Below, in pieces: positions 50,266-60,428 of a stretch of DNA of 64,000 bases (positions within the stretch are counted from its first letter, which is position 1; each line of letters opens with the position of its first letter). The DNA is from Planctomycetota bacterium (GTDB lineage: Bacteria > Planctomycetota > PLA2 > JAEUHO01), in NCBI GenBank assembly GCA_050248855.1, contig JBFWRP010000001.1:128001-192000 (forward strand), written 5' to 3'. The notes below the pieces were generated by a model. It was not told where the DNA came from. It made no database searches and saw only the letters and a program-made list of their open reading frames with translations. The translations under genes and the position numbers were made by a program.

Positions 50266-52256
50266 CGTCCGCCGAGGGAGCCGCCGACCTTGCTCCGCCA
50301 CCACGTCCTGAGGGCCTCCGCGCGCTTCGCCGTGCCGAGCGCATCCAGCTCGGCGTCCGTCCACCGCGGGAAGTCCGCGAAGATGGAGTGCCCGGTGGGG
50401 TCGGCCGCCTCGGCCTCCTTCGGGTCGCCCGTGGGCAGGGCGGCGCGCAGCACTTCGTAGGCGCGACGCGCCACGGGCTCGGGCGAGGGCGGGAAGCAGC
50501 TCGCGAAGATGTAGCGGTGGCACCAGACCAGGGGCCCGTAGGGCGGCTGCTCGACCGCGGCGGCCCGCTCCAGGTCGTCCAGCGCGCGCAGGACGGCGAC
50601 CTGGCCCTCGGGGCCGTCGAACCAGTCCGTCCACGTGTCGCGGTGCGCGGAGGCGTCCGCGAGCGGGACCCAGCGGGCGGCGGTAGCCGGCAGGTCCTCG
50701 TGACCCGTGAGCTTCACCAGGGCCACCCGGGCGGCGTTGTACTCGCGCTCCGCCAGCTTGTCGGCGACCGCGTCCCCGGTCGGCAGGAGGTCCAACGAGT
50801 AGAGGTACGGCTGGAGATAGAGCAGCGCGACGGGCGCGCCGATGCCGCCCAGCTCCTCGGCCACGACGCTGCGCACACCCGGGTCCGGGTCCTCCAGGGC
50901 GTAGGCGAGGTTGCGTGCGGCCGTGTAGGGCACCAGCGGGTCGCTGGCGCTCGCGGCATCGAACCCGCCCAAGATGCGCGCCACGAGGATGCGGCACGTG
51001 CTGTCCGGCTCCACGTCGTGGTGGACACGCCGGTACACGATCCGGTCCAGGACCGGGATCTCCTGCTGCAGGTACTCCTGCAACGCGGCACGCCGCACCT
51101 CGACGTCGTCCCCGATGCAGCGGCGCAGCAGGTCCACGAACGGGCTCTCGTCGGGGACCTCCAACGGCGGTTGCGGACCGGCGGGGCGCTGGGGCCCGCG
51201 CCGGGGGTCCAGCCCTTGGCGCAGCATCTCCAGCAGCTGCGTCGCGCGCTTGCGCGCGTTCTCGTCCTCGAGCTTGGGGACCAGCAGCTCCAAGTGGTCG
51301 CGCGCCGCGGCCACGTTGCCCGCGTCGATCGCAAGATCGACGGCCGACATCCGCATGCCCAGGTCGTCCGGGGCGCGCTGCAAGTAGCTCTCGACCTCCC
51401 TGCGGACGGTGCTCGGGGCCGCACCCGACTCGGCAAGGACGGCGATCAGCATGGCCTGCAGCCGCGGGTTCTCGTTCCAGGCGGGCGTACCGCGCAGCTC
51501 CTGCATCTGCCGCAGGGCCAGCTCGGTCTGCCCGCTCACCATGGCGGCCTGGGCCAACATGACGGGCCACCTGGGGTTCTGGCGCCAGTACGCCCCGTCG
51601 TTCATGCCCTTCAGGCGGAGGAACCAGCGCACGGCGTCCTCGGCGCGCTCGGCCACGAAGCAGGCTTCGGCCAGGGCGGCGAGGATCTCGGGCTGGTCGG
51701 CCTCGCGCTGCAGGAGCTGCTCCATCAGCGGGATCGCCTCGTCGTAGGCCGCTTCGTCCAGGAGCAGCTTGGCGTACAGGCGTTGCGGCTCGATCTCGCC
51801 GGGGGCTTGGCGGCGAACGTCGTCCAGCACGCGGCGTGCGTCGGCGGGACGCTCGGCCTCCAGATAGACGAGGGCCATCGCCATCTTGGCCTGCCAGAGG
51901 CGCCCGTCGGCCCGGACCGCGCGGACGAGGTAGTCAAAGCCCCGCTTGGTGCGCGCCGGCCCATCCGTCGCGTCCTTCGCCGTGGCGCAGAGGATGCGAC
52001 CAGCCAGGTAGAGGTCGATGGCGGTGCCCGTCTGTTCGGCACGCACGACCTCGCTCTCCACGAGGCGTTGCAGGGCCGGCTCGCCCCCCGTGGAGACGGT
52101 GCGCTTGATCCGCCGATCCTGCTCGGCGCGCGCCCGATCGACGTCGCCCGGCGCCGCGCTGGCGGGGCGCAGGCCCAGGCCGACGACCGCCACGAAGAGC
52201 GCGAGCTGGAGTGCCCGTGGGAAGGCGCCCGCCACGGGCCGTCGGGAAACCATCAT
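50262..52256 (-). CDS. Exported TPR + HEAT repeat protein
   Basis: Signal peptide; TPR helices; LEDPDPGVRSVVAEELG; ATGA overlaps at both ends. Confidence 0.75.
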   Translation of the reverse strand: MMVSRRPVAGAFPRALQLALFVAVVGLGLRPASAAPGDVDRARAEQDRRIKRTVSTGGEPALQRLVESEVVRAEQTGTAIDLYLAGRILCATAKDATDGPARTKRGFDYLVRAVRADGRLWQAKMAMALVYLEAERPADARRVLDDVRRQAPGEIEPQRLYAKLLLDEAAYDEAIPLMEQLLQREADQPEILAALAEACFVAERAEDAVRWFLRLKGMNDGAYWRQNPRWPVMLAQAAMVSGQTELALRQMQELRGTPAWNENPRLQAMLIAVLAESGAAPSTVRREVESYLQRAPDDLGMRMSAVDLAIDAGNVAAARDHLELLVPKLEDENARKRATQLLEMLRQGLDPRRGPQRPAGPQPPLEVPDESPFVDLLRRCIGDDVEVRRAALQEYLQQEIPVLDRIVYRRVHHDVEPDSTCRILVARILGGFDAASASDPLVPYTAARNLAYALEDPDPGVRSVVAEELGGIGAPVALLYLQPYLYSLDLLPTGDAVADKLAEREYNAARVALVKLTGHEDLPATAARWVPLADASAHRDTWTDWFDGPEGQVAVLRALDDLERAAAVEQPPYGPLVWCHRYIFASCFPPSPEPVARRAYEVLRAALPTGDPKEAEAADPTGHSIFADFPRWTDAELDALGTAKRAEALRTWWRSKVGGSLGGR

Positions 52257-54025
52257 GGACGCTGGCTCCGCCACGCCTCGAGCCGCTGGCGCGTGGCGCC
52301 TAGGGCCTCGGGCCGGAAGTCGGCATGGTCAAGCTGCGGACGCTGCTGGCACCAGCGGATGCGCGCGTCGCCCGGAGGCAGCGTGGCGACGAAGCGCCCG
52401 ATGGCGTCGTAGGCGGCCTTGGCCACGATGCCCGACTCGTGCATCAGGTAGCGCCCGAGGATGTCGTCCGCGAACCGGTCCTTCAGCACGTCGTAGCCGT
52501 CCAGGGCCCGGGCCAACACCTCTTCCCCCTCGGGGCTCGCGAGCCAAGCCCGGTAGGCAGCGCGGTGCGCCTTCTCGTCGGCGTCGTCGGCCAGGCCGAG
52601 GCGGTGCTCGGCCAGCTGCAGGACGCCCAAGCGCGCGCTCGCGGCCACGTCGGCGTCGGGGTCGTCGTGCAGCAGGTGCACGACGGCGACCAGCGCACGG
52701 CGAGGGGCGCGGTCACGCAAACCGATCACCACGAGCCCGTCGAGCGCGGCCTGACGGACCCGCGCATCGTCGTCGGAGAGCGCGAGGCGCACGATGGGCA
52801 CCGTGCTGGTGCCGCCCACCTCGGCAAGTGCGCGCACGGCCACGGCGCGCACACCGGGAGCCGGCTCGGTCGTCGGGCCGACATGGCGCGCGATGCGGCG
52901 CATCGTGGCATCGTCCGGCGGCACGTCGCGGGTCAGCACCCAGTAGATCGCGCGCGCCCTGTCGTTCTCGTCCGGCGCGCTGTCCAGGATCTGCAGCACC
53001 TGCTCGAGCGTCGGCTCGGCACCCTCGGCGACCGCGGGCTTCAGGCGCTGCGCCTCCATCGTGCGGATGTCGGCCTCCAGATGCGCGCGGCGCTCCGGGT
53101 CCGTCTCCAAGCGCAGCAGCCCGCGCAGCGCGAAGAGGTAGTCGTCGAACCGCGGCGGCTCGGCCGGCTGCTTCTCGCGGCGGGCTTCCAGCGCCCGCAG
53201 GATGCCCACGAACGGCTGCCCCATGCTGGGGTTGGCGCGGGCCAGCGCACGGTAGGTGGCCACGCCCTCGTCGAAGCGACCCGTGGCGATCTGGATCTGG
53301 GCCAGCAGGTCCAGGTACGCCGGGTGGTCGGGCTGGGCGGCCAAGCCGGTCTGCAGGTAGCTCTCGGCCTCGGCGTGCCGCCCGACCTGCACGAGACCGC
53401 CGATCAGCTGCACGCGGGCCACGCCGTCGTCGGGGACCTGGCGCACGAGCACTTCGAGCTGCTTCACGGCCTCCTGCTGCTGGTTGCCCTCGAGGTAGAG
53501 GCGGACGAGCTTGCGACGTGCGTCGACGTAGCCTTCGTTGATGCGCAGCGCCTGCACGAGGTGGTCGAAGGCCGAACGCCGGCGGCGATCGACGCGACGC
53601 AGCTCGAGGACCGCGATGTCGTGGTGGGCGAAGTAGCAGCGCGGCTCGACCCGGAGGACGTCGGCGTAGGCGGAAAGGGCGCTGCCCAGGTCCCCCACGG
53701 CGATGCGGGCCAGGCGCTCGCGCTCGGATTCCGTCGTGGCCGCCTCCGCTTGGTCGCGGACGTCGCTGAAGCGCAGGCCGTACGCGCGCGCCAGGAGGTA
53801 CAGGTTGGGCACCGTCTCGGCGCGGCGGGCGCGAAGCCCCCACTCGCGGACCAGGGCATCGAGCTGCTTGTTGCGGCGCCGGTCGCGGTCCTGCTCCTCG
53901 ACGCCGGCGACGACGTCGCGCTCCCAGGGCAGACCCAGCAAGTACGAGCGCTCGGACTCCGCCGGCGCCGGCGAGGCACGGAGGAGGGCCAAGAACACCG
54001 CGGCACCGAGCAGCACGAGGAGCAC
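52253..54025 (-). CDS. Exported TPR + HEAT repeat protein
   Basis: N-terminal hydrophobic segment; TPR array; LSDDDARVRQAALDGL, DDPDADV. Confidence 0.75.
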   Translation of the reverse strand: MLLVLLGAAVFLALLRASPAPAESERSYLLGLPWERDVVAGVEEQDRDRRRNKQLDALVREWGLRARRAETVPNLYLLARAYGLRFSDVRDQAEAATTESERERLARIAVGDLGSALSAYADVLRVEPRCYFAHHDIAVLELRRVDRRRRSAFDHLVQALRINEGYVDARRKLVRLYLEGNQQQEAVKQLEVLVRQVPDDGVARVQLIGGLVQVGRHAEAESYLQTGLAAQPDHPAYLDLLAQIQIATGRFDEGVATYRALARANPSMGQPFVGILRALEARREKQPAEPPRFDDYLFALRGLLRLETDPERRAHLEADIRTMEAQRLKPAVAEGAEPTLEQVLQILDSAPDENDRARAIYWVLTRDVPPDDATMRRIARHVGPTTEPAPGVRAVAVRALAEVGGTSTVPIVRLALSDDDARVRQAALDGLVVIGLRDRAPRRALVAVVHLLHDDPDADVAASARLGVLQLAEHRLGLADDADEKAHRAAYRAWLASPEGEEVLARALDGYDVLKDRFADDILGRYLMHESGIVAKAAYDAIGRFVATLPPGDARIRWCQQRPQLDHADFRPEALGATRQRLEAWRSQRP

Positions 54026-54130
54026 GCGGGGACGGGCCGTGCGCGCGGGCGGGCGCGCGGACGGCGAACGGGGGGCATCCGTGGCGGACAGGGCGCGTCT
54101 CCAGCGGCCGGAAGCGGCCAGGGCGGCATC

Positions 54131-55378
54131 CTATCCCTCTACCGGGCACTCCCCCAGGACGTCCGCAAGGAACCACGGATCGCTCTTGGCAGCCGCGGAG
54201 GCCCCTTCCAGACGCACACCCGGGACGTGGCGCGCCAAGACGGCGAACGCAAAGGCCAAGCGGTGGTCCCCGGCCACGGAGACGGCGCCTCCGTGCAGGT
54301 CGCGACCGCGAACCACGAGGCCGTCGTCGGTCACCGTCGCGTCGCCGCCCAGCGCGGCAAGACCGCGCGCCACGCTCCTGCGCCGGTCCGTCTCCTTGTG
54401 GCGCAGGTGGGGCGCTCCCACGAAGCGGGTCGTGCCCTCCGCGGTCGCGGCGAGCACGGCGAGCACCGGGAGCAGGTCCGGTGCGGCGCCGAGGTCGACT
54501 TCGCCCGGAGCCCGCAAACGGTGGCCGGGCCCGGTCACGCGCACGTGCCCCGCGGCGTCGGCATCCACCCGGGCCCCCATCGCCTCGAGGATGTCGAGCA
54601 CGAGGAGATCGGGCTGGCTTCCGTCCCGCGCGAGGCCGGGCACCGTGACGCCCTCGCCGCACAGCGCCGCGGCCGCGTAGCGGCCCGCGGCCGCGCTCGC
54701 GTCCGGCGGGATCGCCACGCTCCGGGCGCGCGGCTCCGCGCCCGCCACGGTCACGAGCATGTCGTGGCCGCGCGTCTCGCAGGCGCTCGGCACGCCGAAG
54801 GCGCGTAGCGCCCCCCGGGTGAGCTCCACGTAGCTCTCCGAGACGCATGGGCCCCGCACCACGATCTGCAGGCCGCCGAGGCGCGGCGCGATGAGCGCCA
54901 AGGCCGAGGCGTACTGGCTGCTGCGCGTCCCGTCGACGTCGACACGCCCGCCGCGCACGCCGCCGGCGATCACGCGGAAGCTGCCCGAGGCGCGCCGTCG
55001 GACGTGCGCGCCAAGGCGCTCGAGGGCGAGGCGCAGCGGTCGATGCGGACGGCGCAGCAGGGCCGGCCGGCCCGTGACGAGCGTGCGGGCGCCGGCGGGC
55101 CGCAAGACGGCCAGCGCCGTCGCCAGCCGGAAGCCCGTGGCACCGAGCCCCAGATCGAGCCGCAGGCTGTGGCGGCCGCACCCCAGGGCCCCGTCCGTCC
55201 ATGCCCCCAGGGCAGACAGTGCGCCGGCCAAGCGCTGGACGTCGTCTCCGGGCGGGGCGTCGCCCTGGCGCACGATGCGTGGAGGCTCCGCGCAGAGTGC
55301 CGCCAGGACGCGCACGCGTTGCTCGATCGACTTGCTCGCCGGGACGTGCACGCCGAGCGGGAGACGAGGAGAACCCAC
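54131..55378 (-). CDS. aroA: 3-phosphoshikimate 1-carboxyvinyltransferase (EPSP synthase)
   Basis: PASKS..QR, SSQYAS, PDL, RHKETDR, GDHR, KSDPWF; start GTG 55378 inferred. Confidence 0.9.
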   Translation of the reverse strand: MGSPRLPLGVHVPASKSIEQRVRVLAALCAEPPRIVRQGDAPPGDDVQRLAGALSALGAWTDGALGCGRHSLRLDLGLGATGFRLATALAVLRPAGARTLVTGRPALLRRPHRPLRLALERLGAHVRRRASGSFRVIAGGVRGGRVDVDGTRSSQYASALALIAPRLGGLQIVVRGPCVSESYVELTRGALRAFGVPSACETRGHDMLVTVAGAEPRARSVAIPPDASAAAGRYAAAALCGEGVTVPGLARDGSQPDLLVLDILEAMGARVDADAAGHVRVTGPGHRLRAPGEVDLGAAPDLLPVLAVLAATAEGTTRFVGAPHLRHKETDRRRSVARGLAALGGDATVTDDGLVVRGRDLHGGAVSVAGDHRLAFAFAVLARHVPGVRLEGASAAAKSDPWFLADVLGECPVEG

Positions 55379-55520
55379 GGCGCCAGCATGGGCGCGGCAC
55401 CGAGGAAGCGGGAGCCTTTCGCCGCGCGTGCCCACGCAATCCGGACGCACCCTCCCGCGGGGGCTTCGGGCGGGACCATGCCTCGCTACCATCCGGCGCA
55501 CCACGTTGGCGGAGGGACCC

Positions 55521-56438
55521 ATGACGAGTGCGTTGGCGACCACGGACCTGGAGGGCTTGCGCTGCGTGAGCCGCGGCAAGGTGCGCGACATCTACGAGGT
55601 CGGCAACGACCTGCTGCTGGTCGCAACGGACCGCATCAGCGCCTACGACGTGATCCTCGACCCGCCGATTCCCGACAAGGGACGCGTCCTCACGCAGATC
55701 TCGCTCTTCTGGTTCGCGACGTTGCGCGATGTCGTGCCCCACCACGTGCTCGAAGCGGACGTCCGCAAGATGCCCGCCCCCGTGGCGAAGCACGCCGACG
55801 TCCTGCGCGGTCGCGCCTTGCTCGTGCGCCGCTTGCAGATGCTCCCCGTGGAGTGCGTGGCCCGCGGCTACCTGGTGGGCAGCGGCTGGAAGGACTACAA
55901 GGCCAGCGGCGCCGTGTGCGGCCATGCGCTTCCCGCGGGCCTGGCCCAGGCCGCCCGCCTGGATCCGCCGCTGTTCACGCCCGCGACCAAGGCGGAGACG
56001 GGCCACGACGAGAACATCGACATCGAGCGCGCGGGCCAGATCATCGGCATGGAGCGCGCCCGCGAGCTGGAAGCGAAGACGCTGGAGCTCTACGCCCGGG
56101 CCCGGGAGATCGCGGCGGAGCGGGGCGTGATCATCGCGGACACCAAGCTCGAGTTCGGACTGGACGAAGCCGGTACGTTGGTGCTCGGCGACGAGGCCTT
56201 CACGCCGGACAGCAGCCGTTTCTGGGACGTTGCCGACTGGCGCGAAGGCCAGAGCCCCAAGAGCTTCGACAAGCAGCTCGTGCGCGACTGGCTCGATGCC
56301 TCGGGCTGGGACCACGAGCCGCCGGCGCCGCGCCTCGCGGCCGAGATCGTGGCCCGGACGACGGCCACCTACCGCGAGATCTTCACGCGCATCACGGGCC
56401 GCGACCTCGACGAGGCCGTCGCCAACCCGACGTTTTGA
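55521..56438 (+). CDS. purC: SAICAR synthetase
   Basis: GKVRDIY, TDRISAYD, ECVARGYL, FTPATKA, ADTKLEFG, TPDSSRFW, SFDKQ. Confidence 0.97.
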   Translation: MTSALATTDLEGLRCVSRGKVRDIYEVGNDLLLVATDRISAYDVILDPPIPDKGRVLTQISLFWFATLRDVVPHHVLEADVRKMPAPVAKHADVLRGRALLVRRLQMLPVECVARGYLVGSGWKDYKASGAVCGHALPAGLAQAARLDPPLFTPATKAETGHDENIDIERAGQIIGMERARELEAKTLELYARAREIAAERGVIIADTKLEFGLDEAGTLVLGDEAFTPDSSRFWDVADWREGQSPKSFDKQLVRDWLDASGWDHEPPAPRLAAEIVARTTATYREIFTRITGRDLDEAVANPTF

Positions 56439-56567
56439 CGAACACGGGCTCGCCAGCGCCCGGCAACGCTCGCGTCCTGCGTGTTCAGGGCTCGGGGGGC
56501 CGCCGCCGATAGGGGTTGCGAGGTTGGGGCCGCGGCGGCTCCACGCATCCCCCGCCGGGGCGCGCGC

Positions 56568-59500
56568 ATGGCACTGCAGGGCTCACTTGGACATCTCGGG
56601 CTGGCCGACCTGTTGCAGACGGGTCTGGCGGGCCAGGCCGCCGGCCTGCTCACGATGCGCAACGGCGCGGGTCGGGCCTCGCTCTACGTGGGCACCGATG
56701 GTCTCACGCTGCTCGAGCCCGACGTCCTGGACGCGGAGGACCTCATCCACGCGTTCATCCTCCGCGGCGTCCTGTCCGCCGAGGCCGTGGAGCAGGAACG
56801 CGGCGCAGGCCTGTCGGGCCTCCCCTTGATCGATGCCCTCGTGGGCCGGGGCGAGCTGCGCGAGGCCGACCTCACGGATGTCCTGGCCGGCTGGGCCGAG
56901 GACACGATCCTCGATCTCCTCACGTGGGACGAGGGCGACTTCCGCTTCGCCGAGGGCCCGCTCGAACAGCGTCGGCCGGGCCTGGTGTGCCGAACCACGG
57001 TCGACTCGGGCGCCGTCCTGCTGCGGGCGGCGCAGCGCCTCGACGAGCGCAACGAGATCGCGTCGTCCCTCGGCTACCACGCGGCGCTGGTGATCGGCTT
57101 GCCCGGCGTGCCCGTGGCACCGCAGCACATGGGCGACCCCGGGCCGCGCATGCAGCCCCTCCTCGACGGCGAACGGACCATCGACGAGGTCGCGCTCCTG
57201 CTGGGCATCGGACGCTTCGCCGCCCTCAAGGCCGCGCACGCGCTCATCCTGGCCGGAGGTGCCCGCCTGCCGAGCGCCGAAGAGCTGGCCACGTGCGTGG
57301 AGAAGCGCCTGGCCGACCACGGCTACCGCGCGTCCCGCGGGCTCGTGCTGCAGTGGCTCGAGATGGGCGGCCCGACGCCGCGCGCCTACGAGTCGCTGGC
57401 CCTGATTGCGCAAGCGTGCGGCCGGACCGAGGAGGAAATCGACGCGCTGCGGATGCTGGCGCAGCTCCGCACCTCGTCGGGCTCTCCCGGCGCGGCTCTC
57501 GGCACGCTCCGCGATGCGCTGATCCGTTACCCCAACCATCCGCTCTTGCTGCAGACGCTGCGCGACGCCGCGGAGGCCGCGGGCGACGTCGCCGCCTACG
57601 TCGACAGCACGCTGCGCATGGCGGAGAACGCGCTCCACGACGCGCAAGGCGAACGCGCCGTCGCGCTGCTCGAGCCACTCGTGACGGCCCAGCCCGAGGC
57701 CCTGGGCGTGCGCACGCTCCACGCCAAGGCGCTCGAACGCTGCGGTCGCATCGAGGAGCTCGTGGCCGCGACGCAGGACGTGGCCCGCCGGATCGGCCGT
57801 CGCTGCCGCACGCGCGAAGAGCGCGATGCAGCCCGCACGTTCGCGGACATGATCGATCGCAGCGCGCCCGAGCGCCCCGAGATCAGCCGCCGCCTGCGGT
57901 CCGCCCTCGAGCGCAGCGACAGCAAGCCGCGGCGTCTGGCCCTGGTGGGCTCGCTCCTCGCCATCCTGGCGGTGGCCGGCATCGTGCTCTGGCCGCCGAG
58001 CGCCGAGAGCCTCCTCGAGCGCGCGACCGTGGCGCTCGACGCCGGACGACGCGCGGAGGCGCAGGAGCTGCTCGACGAGCTCATCGAGCGCTACCCGGAC
58101 AGCGCCGAGGCCGAGAGCGCCTTCCAGCTGCAGGCCCGCCTCACGCGTCCCGCCCAGCCGCGCACGACCACGTCCGCCATGGACCGGGCGCTGCGCGAGA
58201 AGCTCGAGAGCGACGCCGTGGCCGCGCAGGCCGCGCTGGGCCAGCTGCCCGCGGCCGAGGCGTGTACCCGACTGGAGACGTTCGCCGAGGACCTGGCCAA
58301 GGAAGAGGCCTCCTCGCTGCGCCCGAACGTGCTCAAGGAGCTGCGCCGCTACCTCGCGCGCGCCATGCACGATCTCTCGCGCGATGCGCGGAGCCGCGCC
58401 GAGGTCCTCGCCCAGGCGGCCAAGGTCGCCGCGTCCCAGGCCAAGGACGAGGGCCTGCTGCGCAAGTACCTCGCCGAGGCTGCCGACGCCGGGGACCCGA
58501 CCTGGACCAAGGGTCTCGACGCGGCGTTGGAGGTCCTCGCCAGCTTCGTCGAGATGGAAGGCACCGCCACGCTGCACCAGCTCCACACGGATCTTGGCGG
58601 ACACGCAAGGCGCCTCTCCAGCGCCGTGGCCGGAAACCAGGAAGGGCTGGACGCCTGCCACCGCGCCGTGCTCGCCCTCGAGATCGACGAGGCCTACCGC
58701 AAGGCGTCCCAAGACGGCATTCGCGAGCTGACGTACGGTCGCCTCGAGACTGCGGAAGAGCTCTACGCCAACCTCGAGACGCTGGTCCGGAAGGCGGCCT
58801 CCGAGCCACGCTTCGAGCCGCTCTACAAGGAGCTCGAGCGCCAGCGGATCCCCGGCTGGATCGACAGCAAGCGTCAGCTGATCACGACGATCGGACAGCG
58901 CGTTCGCGAAGGTCGCACGCACGAGAACAACGGCCAGCTGGCCGCCGCGTCCCAGGCGTACGCGAGCCTGCTGGGCACCTTCGACACGTTCAAGCTGGAG
59001 CGCTTGGCCCCGCTGCCCCTGCAGGTGCTCAGCGACCCGCCGGGCGCCGTGGTGGAAGTCAACGGCAAGCGCGAAGGCGTCACGCCGCTCGTCACGCACT
59101 ACCTCTGGGGCACGCCCGTGACGGTGCGCGTGCTGGCCACGGGCTACGTGCCGTTCGAGCAGATCCTGGACTCGGGCGGCGCCAAGCCCGACTGGCAGGT
59201 GGAGGCACGCCTGGCCCCCCAGCCTCGCTGGGCCGTACGCGGCGAGCGCACCATCGACTGCGCCCCGGTCGAAGCCGACGGCAACGTGCTCACCGCCAGC
59301 CGTGGCGGGCGGCTCACCATGTACAACGGCGGCACGGGCTCGATCCTCTGGACGCGTGCCCTGGACACGCTGGAGGGCATCCGGTTCCGTCCTGCGTACG
59401 TCCCCGGACGGCTCTACGTGATCCTCGTCGACGGCACCGTGCACCTCATCGACCCGCGCGACGGCGCCCCCAACGGCCGCCTGTCCCTCGACCGGCCGAC

Positions 59501-60194
59501 GGGCGATCCCGACGTCACGGGCGATGTCGTCGCCGTCCCCACGCGCAGCGGCAAGCTGGTCTTGCTGCGACATGGCTCCATCGAGCGCGAGATCAGCCTC
59601 CCGGCCCCGCCGAGCACCAACGTGGTCGCGGCGCACGGTGCCTTCTGGGTGGGCCTGGGCGACGGGCGGGTGGCGCGCGTGCACGTCACGACCGGCCGCC
59701 TCACGGTGGAGCGGATCGGTGATGCCGGCACGAGCGTGCGCGCGCTCGGCGGCGCCACGACCGGTGTCGCCGCCATCACCACCATGGGTGACGTCGCATT
59801 CGTCGGCGCCGATGGACGTCGACGCTGGGTCGTGACGGGCCAGGGCGACCTGCCGGGCCGTCCGGCGGTCGTGGGCGGCTACCTCGGCGTGATCGAGCGC
59901 AAGGGGCGCCTCCTGGTCTTCGACCTGGAGACCGGACAGCTCACGGGAACCTCCGAGCTGGTCGGCACGGCCCCGCACGGTCTCCTCGGCGTGGACGACG
60001 TGTTCCTCGCCGCCCTCGATGACGGCCGTCTCATGGCCATCGAGCCCGAAGGCCCCCACGTGCGCGTGGAGTCGGACATCGGCTCGACGTCACCGCTGCC
60101 GCCGGCCCGCATCGGGGCCGACCATCTCGTCGTCGCCCTGGCCGACGACGAGATCGGGCTCGTCCCCGTCCCCCGCCGCCCCGACGCCGAGTGA
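56568..60194 (+). CDS. DUF4388-TPR-TM-PEGA-PQQ-like beta-propeller membrane protein
   Basis: MALQGSL..LGLADLLQ and LLTWDEGDFRF (DUF4388-like); TM LALVGSLLAILAVAGIVLW; SDPPGAVVEVNG..GVTP (PEGA); propeller W repeats. Confidence 0.8.
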   Translation: MALQGSLGHLGLADLLQTGLAGQAAGLLTMRNGAGRASLYVGTDGLTLLEPDVLDAEDLIHAFILRGVLSAEAVEQERGAGLSGLPLIDALVGRGELREADLTDVLAGWAEDTILDLLTWDEGDFRFAEGPLEQRRPGLVCRTTVDSGAVLLRAAQRLDERNEIASSLGYHAALVIGLPGVPVAPQHMGDPGPRMQPLLDGERTIDEVALLLGIGRFAALKAAHALILAGGARLPSAEELATCVEKRLADHGYRASRGLVLQWLEMGGPTPRAYESLALIAQACGRTEEEIDALRMLAQLRTSSGSPGAALGTLRDALIRYPNHPLLLQTLRDAAEAAGDVAAYVDSTLRMAENALHDAQGERAVALLEPLVTAQPEALGVRTLHAKALERCGRIEELVAATQDVARRIGRRCRTREERDAARTFADMIDRSAPERPEISRRLRSALERSDSKPRRLALVGSLLAILAVAGIVLWPPSAESLLERATVALDAGRRAEAQELLDELIERYPDSAEAESAFQLQARLTRPAQPRTTTSAMDRALREKLESDAVAAQAALGQLPAAEACTRLETFAEDLAKEEASSLRPNVLKELRRYLARAMHDLSRDARSRAEVLAQAAKVAASQAKDEGLLRKYLAEAADAGDPTWTKGLDAALEVLASFVEMEGTATLHQLHTDLGGHARRLSSAVAGNQEGLDACHRAVLALEIDEAYRKASQDGIRELTYGRLETAEELYANLETLVRKAASEPRFEPLYKELERQRIPGWIDSKRQLITTIGQRVREGRTHENNGQLAAASQAYASLLGTFDTFKLERLAPLPLQVLSDPPGAVVEVNGKREGVTPLVTHYLWGTPVTVRVLATGYVPFEQILDSGGAKPDWQVEARLAPQPRWAVRGERTIDCAPVEADGNVLTASRGGRLTMYNGGTGSILWTRALDTLEGIRFRPAYVPGRLYVILVDGTVHLIDPRDGAPNGRLSLDRPTGDPDVTGDVVAVPTRSGKLVLLRHGSIEREISLPAPPSTNVVAAHGAFWVGLGDGRVARVHVTTGRLTVERIGDAGTSVRALGGATTGVAAITTMGDVAFVGADGRRRWVVTGQGDLPGRPAVVGGYLGVIERKGRLLVFDLETGQLTGTSELVGTAPHGLLGVDDVFLAALDDGRLMAIEPEGPHVRVESDIGSTSPLPPARIGADHLVVALADDEIGLVPVPRRPDAE

Positions 60195-60204
60195 CCCCAG
60201 AAAA

Positions 60205-60404
60205 CGAGCCGGGTGAGATTCCTACTTCACGCCCCCGTCCGCATCCGCATCGCGGAGCGCATCCCGGCGTGAAGTTGGAATCTCACCTGGCTCGGTACGG
60301 TCCCGTCCAAGCCACGGACCACTCCCGCCGCAAGCACGTCCCGCATCGCGGAGCGCATCCCGGCGTGAAGCTGGAATCTCACCTGGCTCGGTACGGTCCC
60401 GTCC
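60205..60404. repeat. Dispersed palindromic/tandem intergenic element, copy B
   Basis: Inverted repeat 60205-60233/60266-60294; 96-nt tandem period (60267, 60363). Confidence 0.9.
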
Positions 60405-60428
60405 ACGCCACGTAGTACCTGGGCGGCT

